In this document: piece after piece, positions 36,363 to 46,317 of the stretch | Numbering within the stretch: the first letter of the stretch is position 1 | Layout: the number at the start of each line of letters is the position of its first letter | NCBI GenBank assembly: GCA_900544405.1 | Contig: UQVA01000002.1 | Location: forward strand, 17,095 to 81,094 | DNA from: an uncultured Eubacteriales bacterium | Lineage (GTDB): Bacteria; Bacillota; Clostridia; Oscillospirales; Oscillospiraceae | Direction of reading: 5' to 3' | DNA length: 64,000 nt | The notes under the pieces: generated by a model | Told to the model about the DNA's origin: nothing | The model's database searches: none | What the model saw: the letters and a program-made list of their open reading frames with translations, nothing else | Made by a program: the position numbers and the translations under genes

Positions 36363-36770
36363 TTATGGTTCCTTTCCTGTGTCCAGGCTGTCCCGGAACA
36401 CGAAATAGCGGTCGTAGAGATATTCCAGAACGAAGTTGGCAATCATGTTGAGAACTGTCACCAGAAATTCGTTCCAGCCCAGATTCTCGGCGGCGTAATT
36501 GCCAAGAAAGGTAGATACCGGGGTGAAAATGGCGTAGAAAACAACCACCTTGACCATGGCCACCGGCACGTTGGCGGCGGACTGAAAGGTGAATTTCCGG
36601 TTTAGGGTGAAGTTCCAGAGAACGGAAAGCACCAGCGCCGTCAGATAGCAGCCCCAGTAATTCCAGGTCGTCAGGCCGGTGAGCAGGGCGAACACGCCCA
36701 TTTCGATGACACCGGCGGAGAGGGAGAAGGCGGTAAATTTTACCGCCCGCAGGATTTCACTTTTTTTCAT
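36363..36770 (-). CDS. GtrA family membrane protein (polyprenyl-phosphate-sugar flippase-like)
   Basis: 135 aa, 4 TM; 'FTAFSLSAGVIEMGVFALL...WNFTLNRKFTF' GtrA signature. Confidence 0.8.
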   Translation of the reverse strand: MKKSEILRAVKFTAFSLSAGVIEMGVFALLTGLTTWNYWGCYLTALVLSVLWNFTLNRKFTFQSAANVPVAMVKVVVFYAIFTPVSTFLGNYAAENLGWNEFLVTVLNMIANFVLEYLYDRYFVFRDSLDTGKEP

Positions 36771-36796
36771 AGTCCGATTCCTAAAAATCCGCCCCC

Positions 36797-36821
36797 GTAT
36801 GACCGGGGGCGGAAAAATTGT
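36797..36821 (-). terminator. Terminator for PFOR gene
   Basis: ccgcccccg-tatgac-cgggggcgg hairpin, T-run on minus strand. Confidence 0.55.
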
Positions 36822-36844
36822 ATTGGGCAGGGGAGATCAGGAAC

Positions 36845-39800
36845 TTAGTCCTTGTACATCTCCACCAGCTTCAGCAGGTGCTCGTAGCGCTCCTTGGCAG
36901 CGGCCTCGTTCTTTGCAAACAGGACGTTGGCACGCTCCGGGAACTCACGGGTCAGACGGCTGTAACGGGCCTCGTTCATCAGGAACTCCTGATAGCCGCC
37001 CTTGGGGGCCTTGGAATCCAGGGTGAACTTGCCGGTTTCCTTGGAGGGATCGAAGCGGAACAGATTCCAGTAGCCGCACTCGACAGCCTTCTTCATCTCC
37101 TCCTGGCAGTGCATCATGCCGCCCTTGATGGAATGCATCTCACAGGGAGCATAGCCGATGATGAGGGAGGGACCGTGGTAAGCCTCGGCCTCGGTGATGG
37201 CCTTGATGGTCTGAGCGGGGTTGGCGCCCATGGCGATCTGAGCCACATAGATGTAGCCGTAGGACATGGCAATCTCGGAGAGGCTCTTCTTCTTGGTCTC
37301 CTTACCGGCAGCGGCAAACTGAGCCACCTGACCGATGTTGGAAGCCTTGGAAGCCTGTCCGCCGGTGTTGGAGTAGACCTCGGTATCAAAGACGAAGATG
37401 TTGACGTCCTTGTTGGAAGCCAGCACATGGTCCACGCCGCCGAAGCCGATGTCGTAAGCCCAGCCGTCGCCGCCGAAGATCCACACGGACTTCTTGGACA
37501 GGTACTGCTTCTGGCTCAGGATCTCCTTCACGGTGTCGCAGCAGACATGAGCCTCCAGATTGGCGACCAGAGCCTTGGTAGCGGCCTTGTTGGCCTCGCC
37601 GTCGTCGAAGGTATCCAGCCAGTTCTGGCAGGCGGCCTTCCGGTCGGCATCCTCGGTGTTCTCCAGAACGGCCTTGACCTTGTTGGCCAGGGACTCCCGG
37701 ATGACAGCCTGTGCGGTGTACATACCCAGACCGTGCTCGGCGTTGTCCTCGAACAGGGAGTTCGCCCAGGCGGGGCCGTGGCCCTCGGCATTCACGGTGT
37801 AAGGTGCGGTAGCGGCAGGACCGCCCCAGATGGAGGAGCAGCCGGTGGCGTTGGAAATGTACATCCGATCGCCGAACAGCTGGGTCACCAGACGGGCGTA
37901 GCTGGTCTCGGCGCAGCCGGCGCAGGAGCCGGAGAACTCCAGCAGAGGCTTGCGGAACTGGCTGCCCTTGACGGTGTTGTCCTCCATGTCGGGCTTCTCA
38001 GCGACCTTGGAGACCATGTAGTTGAACACGTCCTGCTGATCCAGCTGGGTTTCCTGAGGCACCATGGTGATGGCCTGAGTGGGGCAGACGCCTACGCATA
38101 CGCCGCAGCCCATGCAGTCCAGAGGAGACACGGCCATGGTGTAGGAGTACACGCCCTTGCCCTTGCCGGCCTTCACGGGCACGATCTTGGCAGCAGCGGG
38201 AGCCGCAGCGGCCTCGGCCTCGGTGAGGGCGTAGGGACGGATGGTGGCGTGGGGGCAGACATAAGCACAGTTGTTGCACTGGATGCACTTGGAAGCGTCC
38301 CAGGCGGGAACGGTCACGGCAACGCCGCGCTTCTCATAAGCGGAAGCGCCCAGAGCAAACTGGCCGTCCACATACTTCTCGAAGGCAGAAACGGGCAGAC
38401 TGTAGCCGTCCATCCGGCCCACGGGATGCAGGATATTCTTGACCACTTCCACGGTAGCGGCGGGGCCTTCCAGAGCGACCTCGGGCTTGTGGTCCTCGGC
38501 GGTAGCCCAGGAAGCAGGCACGTCGATCTTGGTGTAAGCGGTAGCACCGGCATCGATGGCGTTCCAGTTCTTCTCGACCACGTCACGGCCCTTCTTCAGG
38601 TAGGAGTGCTCGGCGGCATCCTTCATGTACTGAATGGCCTCTGCCTCGGGCATGACCTTTGCCAGGGAGAAGAAAGCGGACTGCAGGATGGTGTTGGTGC
38701 GCTTGCCCATGCCCACCTTGATGGCCAGGTCGATGGCGTTAATGGTGTAGAGCTGAATGTTGTTGTTGGCAATGTAGCGCTTGGAAGCGGCATCCAGATG
38801 ATGCTCCAGCTCTTCCAGGGTCCACTGGCAGTTGATGAGGAACACGCCGCCGGGCTTCACGTCCTGAACGATCTTAAAGCCCTTGGTGATGTAGGAGGGG
38901 TTGTGGCAGGCCACGAAGTCCGCCTTGTTGATGTAGTAGGGGGACTTGATGGGCTTGTCGCCGAAGCGCAGGTGGGACACGGTGACACCGCCGGTCTTCT
39001 TGGAGTCGTACTGGAAGTAAGCCTGTACATACTTGTCGGTGTGGTCGCCGATGATCTTGATGGAGTTCTTGTTGGCGCCGACGGTGCCGTCACCGCCCAG
39101 GCCCCAGAACTTGCACTCGATGGTGCCTTCTGCGGCGGTGTTGGGGGAGACGGTCTCCTCCAGGGACAGGTGGGTCACATCGTCCACGATGCCGATGGTG
39201 AACTCGTTCTTGGGAGCGTCCTTCTTCAGCTCGTCGTACACGGCGAACACGGAAGCGGGATGGGTGTCCTTGGAACCCAGACCGTAACGGCCGCCGATGA
39301 CGGTGACATCGTTCCGGCCGGCCTTGGCCAAAGCCATGACCACATCCTGGTACAGAGGCTCACCCTGGGAGCCGGGCTCCTTGGTGCGGTCCAGAACGGC
39401 GATCTTCTTGGCGGTAGCGGGGATGGCGGCAAGCAGCTTCTCCGGGCAGAAGGGCCGGAACAGACGGACCTTCACCAGGCCCACCTTCTCGCCGTGGGCG
39501 TTCAGGTAGTCGATGACTTCCTCGGCCACGTCGTTGATGGAGCCCATGGCCACGATGATGCGGTCGGCATCGGGAGCGCCGTAGTAGTTGAACAGCTTGT
39601 AGTCGGTGCCCAGCTTCTCGTTGACCTTGTCCATGTACTTCTCGACCACTGCGGGCAGTGCCTGATAGTACTTGTTGCAGGCCTCACGATGCTGGAAGAA
39701 GATGTCGTCGTTCTCGTGGGAACCACGCATGGCGGGGTTCTCGGGGTTCAGGGCGTGGGCCCGGAAGGCGTTGACGGCGTCCATGTTCACCATGTCCTTC

Positions 39801-40372
39801 AGATCGTCATAATCCCAGATGGCGACCTTCTGGATCTCGTGAGAGGTACGGAAACCGTCGAAGAAGTTGATGAAGGGAACACGGCCCTCGATGGCGGCCA
39901 GATGGGCCACGGCACCCAGGTCCATGACTTCCTGCACGTTGGTCTCGCACAGCATGGCGAAGCCGGTCTGACGGCAGGCGTACACGTCGGAGTGGTCACC
40001 GAAGATGTTCAGAGACTGGGCGGCCACGGTACGGGCGGACACATGGAACACGCAGGGCAGCAGCTCGCCGGCGATCTTGTACATGTTGGGGATCATCAGC
40101 AGCAGGCCCTGAGAGGCCGTGTAGGTGGTGGTCAGCGCACCGGCGGCCAGGGAGCCATGGACGGTACCGGCGGCACCGGCCTCGGACTGCATCTCGACCA
40201 CCTTGACGGTGTTGCCGAAGATGTTCTTCCGGCCTGCGGCGGACCACTGGTCAACGTTGTCTGCCATGGGGCTGGAGGGGGTGATGGGGTAGATGCCAGC
40301 GACCTCGGTAAAGGCATAGCTGACGTGGGCGGCAGCAGTATTGCCGTCCATAGTTTTGAATTTTCTAGCCAA
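36845..40372 (-). CDS. nifJ: Pyruvate:ferredoxin (flavodoxin) oxidoreductase
   Basis: ~1175 aa; start assigned to TTG 40372 (RBS GGAGGT, gives M-ARKFKTMDGNTAAAHVSYAF typical PFOR N-term); 4Fe-4S 'CIQCNNCAYVCPHA','CMGCGVCVGVCP'; TPP domain 'GGDGWAYDIG'. Confidence 0.9.
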   Translation of the reverse strand: MARKFKTMDGNTAAAHVSYAFTEVAGIYPITPSSPMADNVDQWSAAGRKNIFGNTVKVVEMQSEAGAAGTVHGSLAAGALTTTYTASQGLLLMIPNMYKIAGELLPCVFHVSARTVAAQSLNIFGDHSDVYACRQTGFAMLCETNVQEVMDLGAVAHLAAIEGRVPFINFFDGFRTSHEIQKVAIWDYDDLKDMVNMDAVNAFRAHALNPENPAMRGSHENDDIFFQHREACNKYYQALPAVVEKYMDKVNEKLGTDYKLFNYYGAPDADRIIVAMGSINDVAEEVIDYLNAHGEKVGLVKVRLFRPFCPEKLLAAIPATAKKIAVLDRTKEPGSQGEPLYQDVVMALAKAGRNDVTVIGGRYGLGSKDTHPASVFAVYDELKKDAPKNEFTIGIVDDVTHLSLEETVSPNTAAEGTIECKFWGLGGDGTVGANKNSIKIIGDHTDKYVQAYFQYDSKKTGGVTVSHLRFGDKPIKSPYYINKADFVACHNPSYITKGFKIVQDVKPGGVFLINCQWTLEELEHHLDAASKRYIANNNIQLYTINAIDLAIKVGMGKRTNTILQSAFFSLAKVMPEAEAIQYMKDAAEHSYLKKGRDVVEKNWNAIDAGATAYTKIDVPASWATAEDHKPEVALEGPAATVEVVKNILHPVGRMDGYSLPVSAFEKYVDGQFALGASAYEKRGVAVTVPAWDASKCIQCNNCAYVCPHATIRPYALTEAEAAAAPAAAKIVPVKAGKGKGVYSYTMAVSPLDCMGCGVCVGVCPTQAITMVPQETQLDQQDVFNYMVSKVAEKPDMEDNTVKGSQFRKPLLEFSGSCAGCAETSYARLVTQLFGDRMYISNATGCSSIWGGPAATAPYTVNAEGHGPAWANSLFEDNAEHGLGMYTAQAVIRESLANKVKAVLENTEDADRKAACQNWLDTFDDGEANKAATKALVANLEAHVCCDTVKEILSQKQYLSKKSVWIFGGDGWAYDIGFGGVDHVLASNKDVNIFVFDTEVYSNTGGQASKASNIGQVAQFAAAGKETKKKSLSEIAMSYGYIYVAQIAMGANPAQTIKAITEAEAYHGPSLIIGYAPCEMHSIKGGMMHCQEEMKKAVECGYWNLFRFDPSKETGKFTLDSKAPKGGYQEFLMNEARYSRLTREFPERANVLFAKNEAAAKERYEHLLKLVEMYKD

Positions 40373-40605
40373 AATGAAATACCTCCTGAAGGATTCAAAT
40401 TTGTCGGTTTCTATAATAGCATTTTTCCGGCCGTTTGTAAAGCGAAGAATCCCCCGGAAATGAAAAATTTCTTTCAATTCCGCCGGGAAGTGAAAAATCC
40501 TGCCCATGGCGGCGGGAAAATCCCGGCGGAAAACGAAAATGGGATTGCCTTTTTCCTTAAAATAAGGTATTATGAATGGAAAGACACAGAAAAGGGAGTG
40601 GTCAG

Positions 40606-42117
40606 ATGATCTGCAGTGTGCGGACGCTGGGCATCAGCGGCCTGCGGGGCAGCGCCGTGACGGCGGAGTGCTTCATTTCCAACGGCCTTCCGGGCTTCGA
40701 CATCGTCGGTCTGCCGGATACGGCGGTGAAGGAGGCCCGGGAGCGGGTCCGGGCGGCCATCAAGACGGCGGGCATGAGCTTCCCGCCCAGCCGCATCACC
40801 GTGAATCTGGCACCGGCCAACCTGAAGAAGGCCGGGACCCATTACGACCTGCCCATTCTGCTGGGCATTCTGATCGCCAGCGGACAGGTCCGCCGCCCCC
40901 GGGGCAAGTGGGCCTTCCTGGGAGAGGTGAGCCTGGACGGCGGCGTGCGGCCGGTGTCCGGAGTCCTGCCCATGGTCCTCAGCGCCAAGGACAACGGCAT
41001 TGAGGCGGTTTTTGTGCCGAAGGAGAATGCGGCGGAGGCTACCCTGGCCCACGGACCGGCCATTTACCCGGTGTGTACGGTCCGGGAACTGGCGGATATG
41101 CTCAACGGAGAGCGGGAACTGGTGGAGGAACCCATCTGGGTCCCCACGCCGGAGGAGCGGACCCTGCCGGACTTCAAGGACGTGCTGGGTCAGGAGCAGG
41201 TGAAGCGGGCCTTGGAAATTGCCGCCGCAGGCGGCCACAATGTGTTGCTTATCGGCCCGCCGGGGTCCGGTAAAAGCATGCTCAGCAAGCGCCTGCCTTC
41301 TATCCTGCCGGATATGACCTGGGAGGAGTCCCTGGAAGTGAGCCAGATCTATTCCGTGCTGGGTCTGCTGGATGCGAAAACGCCCCTGGTCCGGTCCAGA
41401 CCCTTCCGGTCGCCCCACCATACCATTTCCGCGGCGGGCCTCACCGGCGGCGGCAGTACCCCCCGGCCTGGTGAAATTTCCATGGCCCATAAAGGGGTGC
41501 TGTTCCTGGATGAGGTCCCGGAGTTCGGAAAGAATACCCTGGACCTGATGCGCCAGCCCTTGGAGGACGGGTGCGTGACCATTTCCCGGATGTCCGGCAC
41601 GGTGACGTACCCGGCGGAATTTATGCTGGTGTGCGCCATGAATCCCTGCAAATGCGGCTATTACGGGGACCCCTCCGGCCGCTGCACCTGCTCGGAAAGC
41701 GCCGTAAGGGCCTACCGGAGCCGCATTTCCGGGCCGCTATTGGACCGTATCGACATTGTGGTAGAGGTCCCGGCGGTGAAATTTGAGGAACTGCGGACCC
41801 GTGCGGAGGCGGAGCCTTCCGCCAAGGTCAAGGAGCGGGTGGATGCCGCCCGGAAAATTCAGAATGAACGCTACGGCGGCGGGCTGTGCAATGCACGGCT
41901 GGGGCCGGAGGAGCTACGGCGGTACTGTATGCTGGATGAAGAATCCAATGCCCTGTTCCGCCGGGCTTACGATGCTCTGCACCTGACCGCCAGAAGCTAT
42001 GACCGCATCGTGAAGGTGGCCCGGACCATTGCCGACCTGGCGGGCAGCGAGGACATTCGCCCCGCCCATCTGGCGGAGGCGTTGCGCTACCGGGCCCAGA
42101 ATGTGGGAGAAGAATAA
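40606..42117 (+). CDS. comM: YifB/ComM family Mg-chelatase-like AAA+ ATPase
   Basis: 503 aa from ATG 40606 (RBS aaagggag); Lon-protease-like N-term, 'LLIGPPGSGKSML', 'GVLFLDEVPEF'. Confidence 0.85.
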   Translation: MICSVRTLGISGLRGSAVTAECFISNGLPGFDIVGLPDTAVKEARERVRAAIKTAGMSFPPSRITVNLAPANLKKAGTHYDLPILLGILIASGQVRRPRGKWAFLGEVSLDGGVRPVSGVLPMVLSAKDNGIEAVFVPKENAAEATLAHGPAIYPVCTVRELADMLNGERELVEEPIWVPTPEERTLPDFKDVLGQEQVKRALEIAAAGGHNVLLIGPPGSGKSMLSKRLPSILPDMTWEESLEVSQIYSVLGLLDAKTPLVRSRPFRSPHHTISAAGLTGGGSTPRPGEISMAHKGVLFLDEVPEFGKNTLDLMRQPLEDGCVTISRMSGTVTYPAEFMLVCAMNPCKCGYYGDPSGRCTCSESAVRAYRSRISGPLLDRIDIVVEVPAVKFEELRTRAEAEPSAKVKERVDAARKIQNERYGGGLCNARLGPEELRRYCMLDEESNALFRRAYDALHLTARSYDRIVKVARTIADLAGSEDIRPAHLAEALRYRAQNVGEE

Positions 42118-42132
42118 AAAGGAGTAAACGAT

Positions 42133-43323
42133 ATGAACGAGATGTTTTTGATGAAGCTGGGCGAGGTGGTGCTGAAGGGTGCCAACAAACGGCAGTTTGA
42201 GAACCGTCTGCGGCACAACGTCCGTCGCCGGATGGAGCCCTTCGGCAATTTCGACGTATATATCCTCCAATCCACCGTGTATATCCAGCCCATGGACGAT
42301 CAGGCGGACCTGGACGGGGCCTGGGAGGCCTGCCACAACATTTTCGGCGTGGTGAGCCTGTGTCGCTGCCGCCCTTGTGAGAAAAATGTGGACGTCATTT
42401 ATGATGCCGTGGAAGCCTATCTGGGGGACGACCTGGATATGGCGGAGTCCTTTAAGGTGGAGTCCAAGCGGTCTGATAAGGCCTTCCCTCTGACCTCCAT
42501 TGCCCTTTCCCAGGAGATCGGCGGGCGGCTGGCGGAGGCCCACCCCAACTGCCTGGTGGACGTGCATCACCCGGCTTACACCGTCTATGTGGAGGTCCGG
42601 GACCTGGCGGCTTACGTCCACGGTCCTGCGGAGCCGGGTGCTGGCGGCCTGCCCACCGGCGTGGGCGGACGGGGCATGTGCCTGCTGTCCGGCGGTATCG
42701 ATTCTCCTGTGGCGGCCTATATGATGGCCCGCCGGGGCATGGAAATTGAGTGCGTCCACTTCTTCTCCTATCCCTATACCTCCCAGCTGGCCAAGGACAA
42801 GGTCCTGGAGTTGGCCCGGCTGGTGACGAAGTATTGCGGCCGGATGACTGTGAACGTGGTCCCCTTTACGGAAATTCAGGAGGCTATCCGGGACAACTGC
42901 CCGGAGGAGTATTTCACCCTCATCATGCGCCGGTTCATGATGGAGATTTCCCAGCGCATCGGCCGGAATGACGGCTGCGGGGCACTCATTACCGGCGAAA
43001 ATCTGGGCCAGGTGGCCAGTCAGACCATGGAGGCTATGGCCGTCACCGGGGCCGTGGTGGATATGCCCATTTTCATGCCGCTGGTGGGCATGGACAAGGA
43101 GCAGATTGTCACTATTGCCAGACACATCGGTACCATGGACACATCAATCCTGCCATACGAGGACTGCTGCACGGTATTCACCCCCAAGCATCCCAAGACC
43201 AAGCCTACGCTGGGCCAGGTGGAGCACGCCGAGCGGAAGCTGGACCGGGAGGCCCTGATTCAGCGGGCCATCGAAGGTGTGGAGAAAGTGACGGTTCGCT
43301 ATGCAGACGCTCCTTTGCTCTGA
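42133..43323 (+). CDS. thiI: tRNA 4-thiouridine(8) synthase ThiI
   Basis: 396 aa; THUMP + PP-loop 'LLSGGIDSPVAAY'. Confidence 0.9.
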   Translation: MNEMFLMKLGEVVLKGANKRQFENRLRHNVRRRMEPFGNFDVYILQSTVYIQPMDDQADLDGAWEACHNIFGVVSLCRCRPCEKNVDVIYDAVEAYLGDDLDMAESFKVESKRSDKAFPLTSIALSQEIGGRLAEAHPNCLVDVHHPAYTVYVEVRDLAAYVHGPAEPGAGGLPTGVGGRGMCLLSGGIDSPVAAYMMARRGMEIECVHFFSYPYTSQLAKDKVLELARLVTKYCGRMTVNVVPFTEIQEAIRDNCPEEYFTLIMRRFMMEISQRIGRNDGCGALITGENLGQVASQTMEAMAVTGAVVDMPIFMPLVGMDKEQIVTIARHIGTMDTSILPYEDCCTVFTPKHPKTKPTLGQVEHAERKLDREALIQRAIEGVEKVTVRYADAPLL

Positions 43324-43774
43324 GGTCCTGACGGCCTTGCGGGGCCGGACCCTTTCCACGGCGGAAAGCCTCACCGGCGGCGGCATCGGCGCAGCGCTGA
43401 CGGCCGTGCCGGGAGCCTCGGAGGTCTACCGGGGCGGGGTCATTTCCTACGTAAATGACGTAAAGCACCGGGTTCTCGGCGTTTCTGCAGAGGATTTGAA
43501 AAAATTCGGAGCCGTTTCCGAGCCGGTGGCCCGGCAGATGGCGGCGGGGGCGAGAAGAATTACCGGCAGCGACGTGGCGGTCAGCGTCACGGGCCTGGCC
43601 GGTCCCGGCGGGGACGAGTTCGGCAATAGTGTCGGCACGGTGTTCATCGGCTATGCCGACGAGCAGAAAAATTTTGCAAGGGAATACCACTTTGACGGGG
43701 ACCGGGAAGCGGTCCGAAGCCAGACCGTCCGGGCGGCCCTGGAACTGGTGCTGGCAGAAAACGGAGCGGAATGA
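43301..43774 (+). CDS. CinA C-terminal domain protein (PncC-like nicotinamide-nucleotide amidohydrolase)
   Basis: 157 aa; 'TLSTAESLTGGGIGAALTAVPGASEVYRGGVISY...VSVTGLAGPGG'; overlaps thiI by 23 nt. Confidence 0.8.
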   Translation: MQTLLCSEVLTALRGRTLSTAESLTGGGIGAALTAVPGASEVYRGGVISYVNDVKHRVLGVSAEDLKKFGAVSEPVARQMAAGARRITGSDVAVSVTGLAGPGGDEFGNSVGTVFIGYADEQKNFAREYHFDGDREAVRSQTVRAALELVLAENGAE

Positions 43775-44445
43775 TGTATCGCATTTTTGTAGTGGAGGAC
43801 GATCCGGGCATTGCCGGGGCCGTCTGCGCCCAGGGAAAAAACTGGGGCCTGGAAATGCGGGCCTGCGAGGATTTTCAAAACGTTATGGGGGAGTTCTCGG
43901 CCTTTTCGCCTCATCTGGTTCTGATGGACATTGGCCTGCCCTTCTATAACGGATATTACTGGTGCCAGGAGATTCGGAAGGTGTCCAGCCTGCCGGTGAT
44001 TTTTCTGTCCTCGGCGTCGGACAATATGAACATCATTATGGCCATGAACATGGGTGGGGACGATTTTATTCCCAAGCCCTTTGATCTGACGGTGCTCATT
44101 GCCAAAATCCAGGCCATGCTCCGCCGGGCTTACGATTTCGGCGGCAGTCTGCCGGTGCTGGAACACCGGGGGGCCATGCTCTCCACCGGGGACCATACCC
44201 TGACTTACGGGGAGGCCAAGCTGGAGCTTTCCAAGAACGAATACGGAATCTTGCTGACCCTGATGGAAAACAAGGGCAAAGTCATCAGCCGGGAGAAGCT
44301 TATGGAGCGGCTGTGGGAAACGGACAGCTTCGTGGACGAGAACACCCTGACGGTGAACGTGAACCGGCTCCGGAAGAAACTGGAAGGCATCGGCCTGACG
44401 GATTTCATTGCCACGAAATTCGGCGTGGGCTATCTGGTGGGGTGA
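43771..44445 (+). CDS. OmpR-family response regulator (BceR-like)
   Basis: 224 aa; receiver 'IFVVEDD...LVLMDIGLP', wHTH 'KLELSKNEYGILLTLMENKGKVISREKLMERLW'. Confidence 0.85.
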   Translation: MMYRIFVVEDDPGIAGAVCAQGKNWGLEMRACEDFQNVMGEFSAFSPHLVLMDIGLPFYNGYYWCQEIRKVSSLPVIFLSSASDNMNIIMAMNMGGDDFIPKPFDLTVLIAKIQAMLRRAYDFGGSLPVLEHRGAMLSTGDHTLTYGEAKLELSKNEYGILLTLMENKGKVISREKLMERLWETDSFVDENTLTVNVNRLRKKLEGIGLTDFIATKFGVGYLVG

Positions 44446-44449
44446 GGCC

Positions 44450-45442
44450 ATGAACGGGTTTCTGCGGGCTTACCTGCGGCAGAAAAAGAACGGAATACTG
44501 GCCTTTTTCCTCTGCTGCGGCATCTTTGCGCTGTGCTTTTACCTCTACGACCTGCCCTTGGCGGCAGTGCTGTACCCGGCGGGACTGGCGGGACTGCTGC
44601 TTTTTGGCTTCCTGACGGCGGACCTCTGCAAATGTTGGAAGCATTACCGGCTTTTGCAGGAGTTGGCCAAGCTGCCGGGACCTCTGATGGAGCATTTTCC
44701 GGAGGAGATTTTTCCGGGGGAGGAGCAGTACCGGGCCATGATCGAAAAACTCCGCCGGGAACAGGCGGAGGACCGGGCGGAACTGGAACGGCGCTATCAG
44801 GACCGGATGGATTACTATACCCTCTGGGTCCATCAGATCAAGGTCCCCATTGCGTCCATGGACCTGCAGCTGCAAAGCGCCGATTCGGACCTGTCCCGGA
44901 GCTTGTCGGAGGACCTGCAGCGCATCGAGCAGTACACCCAGATGGTGCTGGTGTACCTGCGGCTGGACTCGGACACCTCCGATTATGTGCTGCGGGAGCA
45001 GGAACTGGACGGAATTCTGCGCACCTGCGTGAAAAAATTCTCCACCCAGTTCATCCGGCGGCACCTGAGCCTTACCTACGCGCCGGTGCATACAAAAGTG
45101 CTCACCGACGGCAAATGGCTGGCCTTCGTCATTGAACAGCTGCTTTCCAACGCCGTGAAGTACACGAAAACCGGCGGCGTGGAGATTTTTATGGCCCAGC
45201 CGGGGGTGCTGTGCATCCGGGATTCCGGTGTGGGCATCCGTCCGGAGGACCTGCCCCGAATTTTCGAGCGAGGCTACACGGGCACCAACGGCCGGGCGGA
45301 GCAGCGGTCCAGCGGTATTGGGCTGTATCTCTGCAAGCGGGTCTGCAATAACCTGAACCACGGTCTCCGGGTGGAGTCCCGGTCCGGGCAGGGGACGGCA
45401 GTCTATCTGGACCTGCGGCGGAAAAATTCCCGGCCGGAGTAA
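44450..45442 (+). CDS. Sensor histidine kinase, intramembrane-sensing BceS-like
   Basis: 330 aa from ATG 44450 overlapping RR stop; 2 TM with minimal loop, DHp, HATPase 'RDSGVGIRPEDLPRIFERGYTG'. Confidence 0.8.
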   Translation: MNGFLRAYLRQKKNGILAFFLCCGIFALCFYLYDLPLAAVLYPAGLAGLLLFGFLTADLCKCWKHYRLLQELAKLPGPLMEHFPEEIFPGEEQYRAMIEKLRREQAEDRAELERRYQDRMDYYTLWVHQIKVPIASMDLQLQSADSDLSRSLSEDLQRIEQYTQMVLVYLRLDSDTSDYVLREQELDGILRTCVKKFSTQFIRRHLSLTYAPVHTKVLTDGKWLAFVIEQLLSNAVKYTKTGGVEIFMAQPGVLCIRDSGVGIRPEDLPRIFERGYTGTNGRAEQRSSGIGLYLCKRVCNNLNHGLRVESRSGQGTAVYLDLRRKNSRPE

Positions 45443-45551
45443 AAACGAACAACAATGTAAGATTTGCCGGAGGAAATGTAAGGGGAATCCCATGCGAAGC
45501 ATTTCCTCCGGTGTTATAATTTCCTCAGAAATTCCAAGGAGGAAACAAAGT

Positions 45552-46317
45552 ATGGCAATTCTGGAAGTAACGGACCTGAAAAAAGGTCTATACCACCCGG
45601 CTGGGGGGCCAGCAGGTGGAAGCACTGAAAAACGTGAGCTTTTCCGTGGACCAGGGGGAATATGTGGCGGTGATGGGCGAGTCCGGCTCCGGCAAGACCA
45701 CCCTGTTGAACATTCTGGCAGCGCTGGACAGCCCCACCGCCGGCAGCGTGAAGCTGGACGGCCAGGACCTGACGAAAATTCCGCAGAAGGACCTGGCGGC
45801 CTTCCGCCGGGACCACCTGGGCTTTGTGTTCCAGGACTTCAATCTGCTGGATACCTTCACCATTGAGGACAATATCTATCTGCCGTTGGTGTTGGCGGGA
45901 AAGTCCTACCGGGAAATGCGGGAGCGGCTGACCCCCATTGCCCAGGAATTGGGCATCGGGGCTATCCTGAAAAAGTACCCTTACGAAGTCTCAGGCGGAC
46001 AGAAGCAGCGCTCCGCCGTGGCCCGGGCCATCATCACCAATCCCCGACTGCTGCTGGCCGACGAACCCACCGGCGCACTGGATTCCAAGGCTACCGATGA
46101 ACTGCTGCGGCTTTTTGACGATGTGAACCGGGTGGGCCACACCATTATTATGGTGACGCACTCGGTGAAGGCCGCCAGTCACGCCGGGCGGGTGCTGTTC
46201 ATCCGGGACGGCGAGGTGTTCCACCAGCTTTACCGGGGGGAGAACACCACGGAGCAGATGTACCAGCGGATCACGGACACCCTGACGGTGCTGACGACGG
46301 ACGGTGAGCGGCAATGA
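45552..46317 (+). CDS. ABC transporter ATP-binding protein (BceA-like), reading frame broken by +1 shift in A6 run at 45579-45584
   Basis: ATG 45552 with RBS AAGGAGG; 'MAILEVTDLKK' then frame changes; with A5 instead of A6 reads ...KKVYTTRLGGQQVEALKNVSFSVDQGEYVAVMGESGSGKTT...; Walker A/B, signature 'VSGGQKQRSAVARA' downstream. Confidence 0.75.

Noticed and set aside
36818-40609. 1263-aa ORF on the plus strand
   Set aside because: Lies exactly antisense to the PFOR gene; low-complexity Gly/Val/Leu/Asp-rich translation typical of antisense frames in high-GC coding DNA; no RBS or homology
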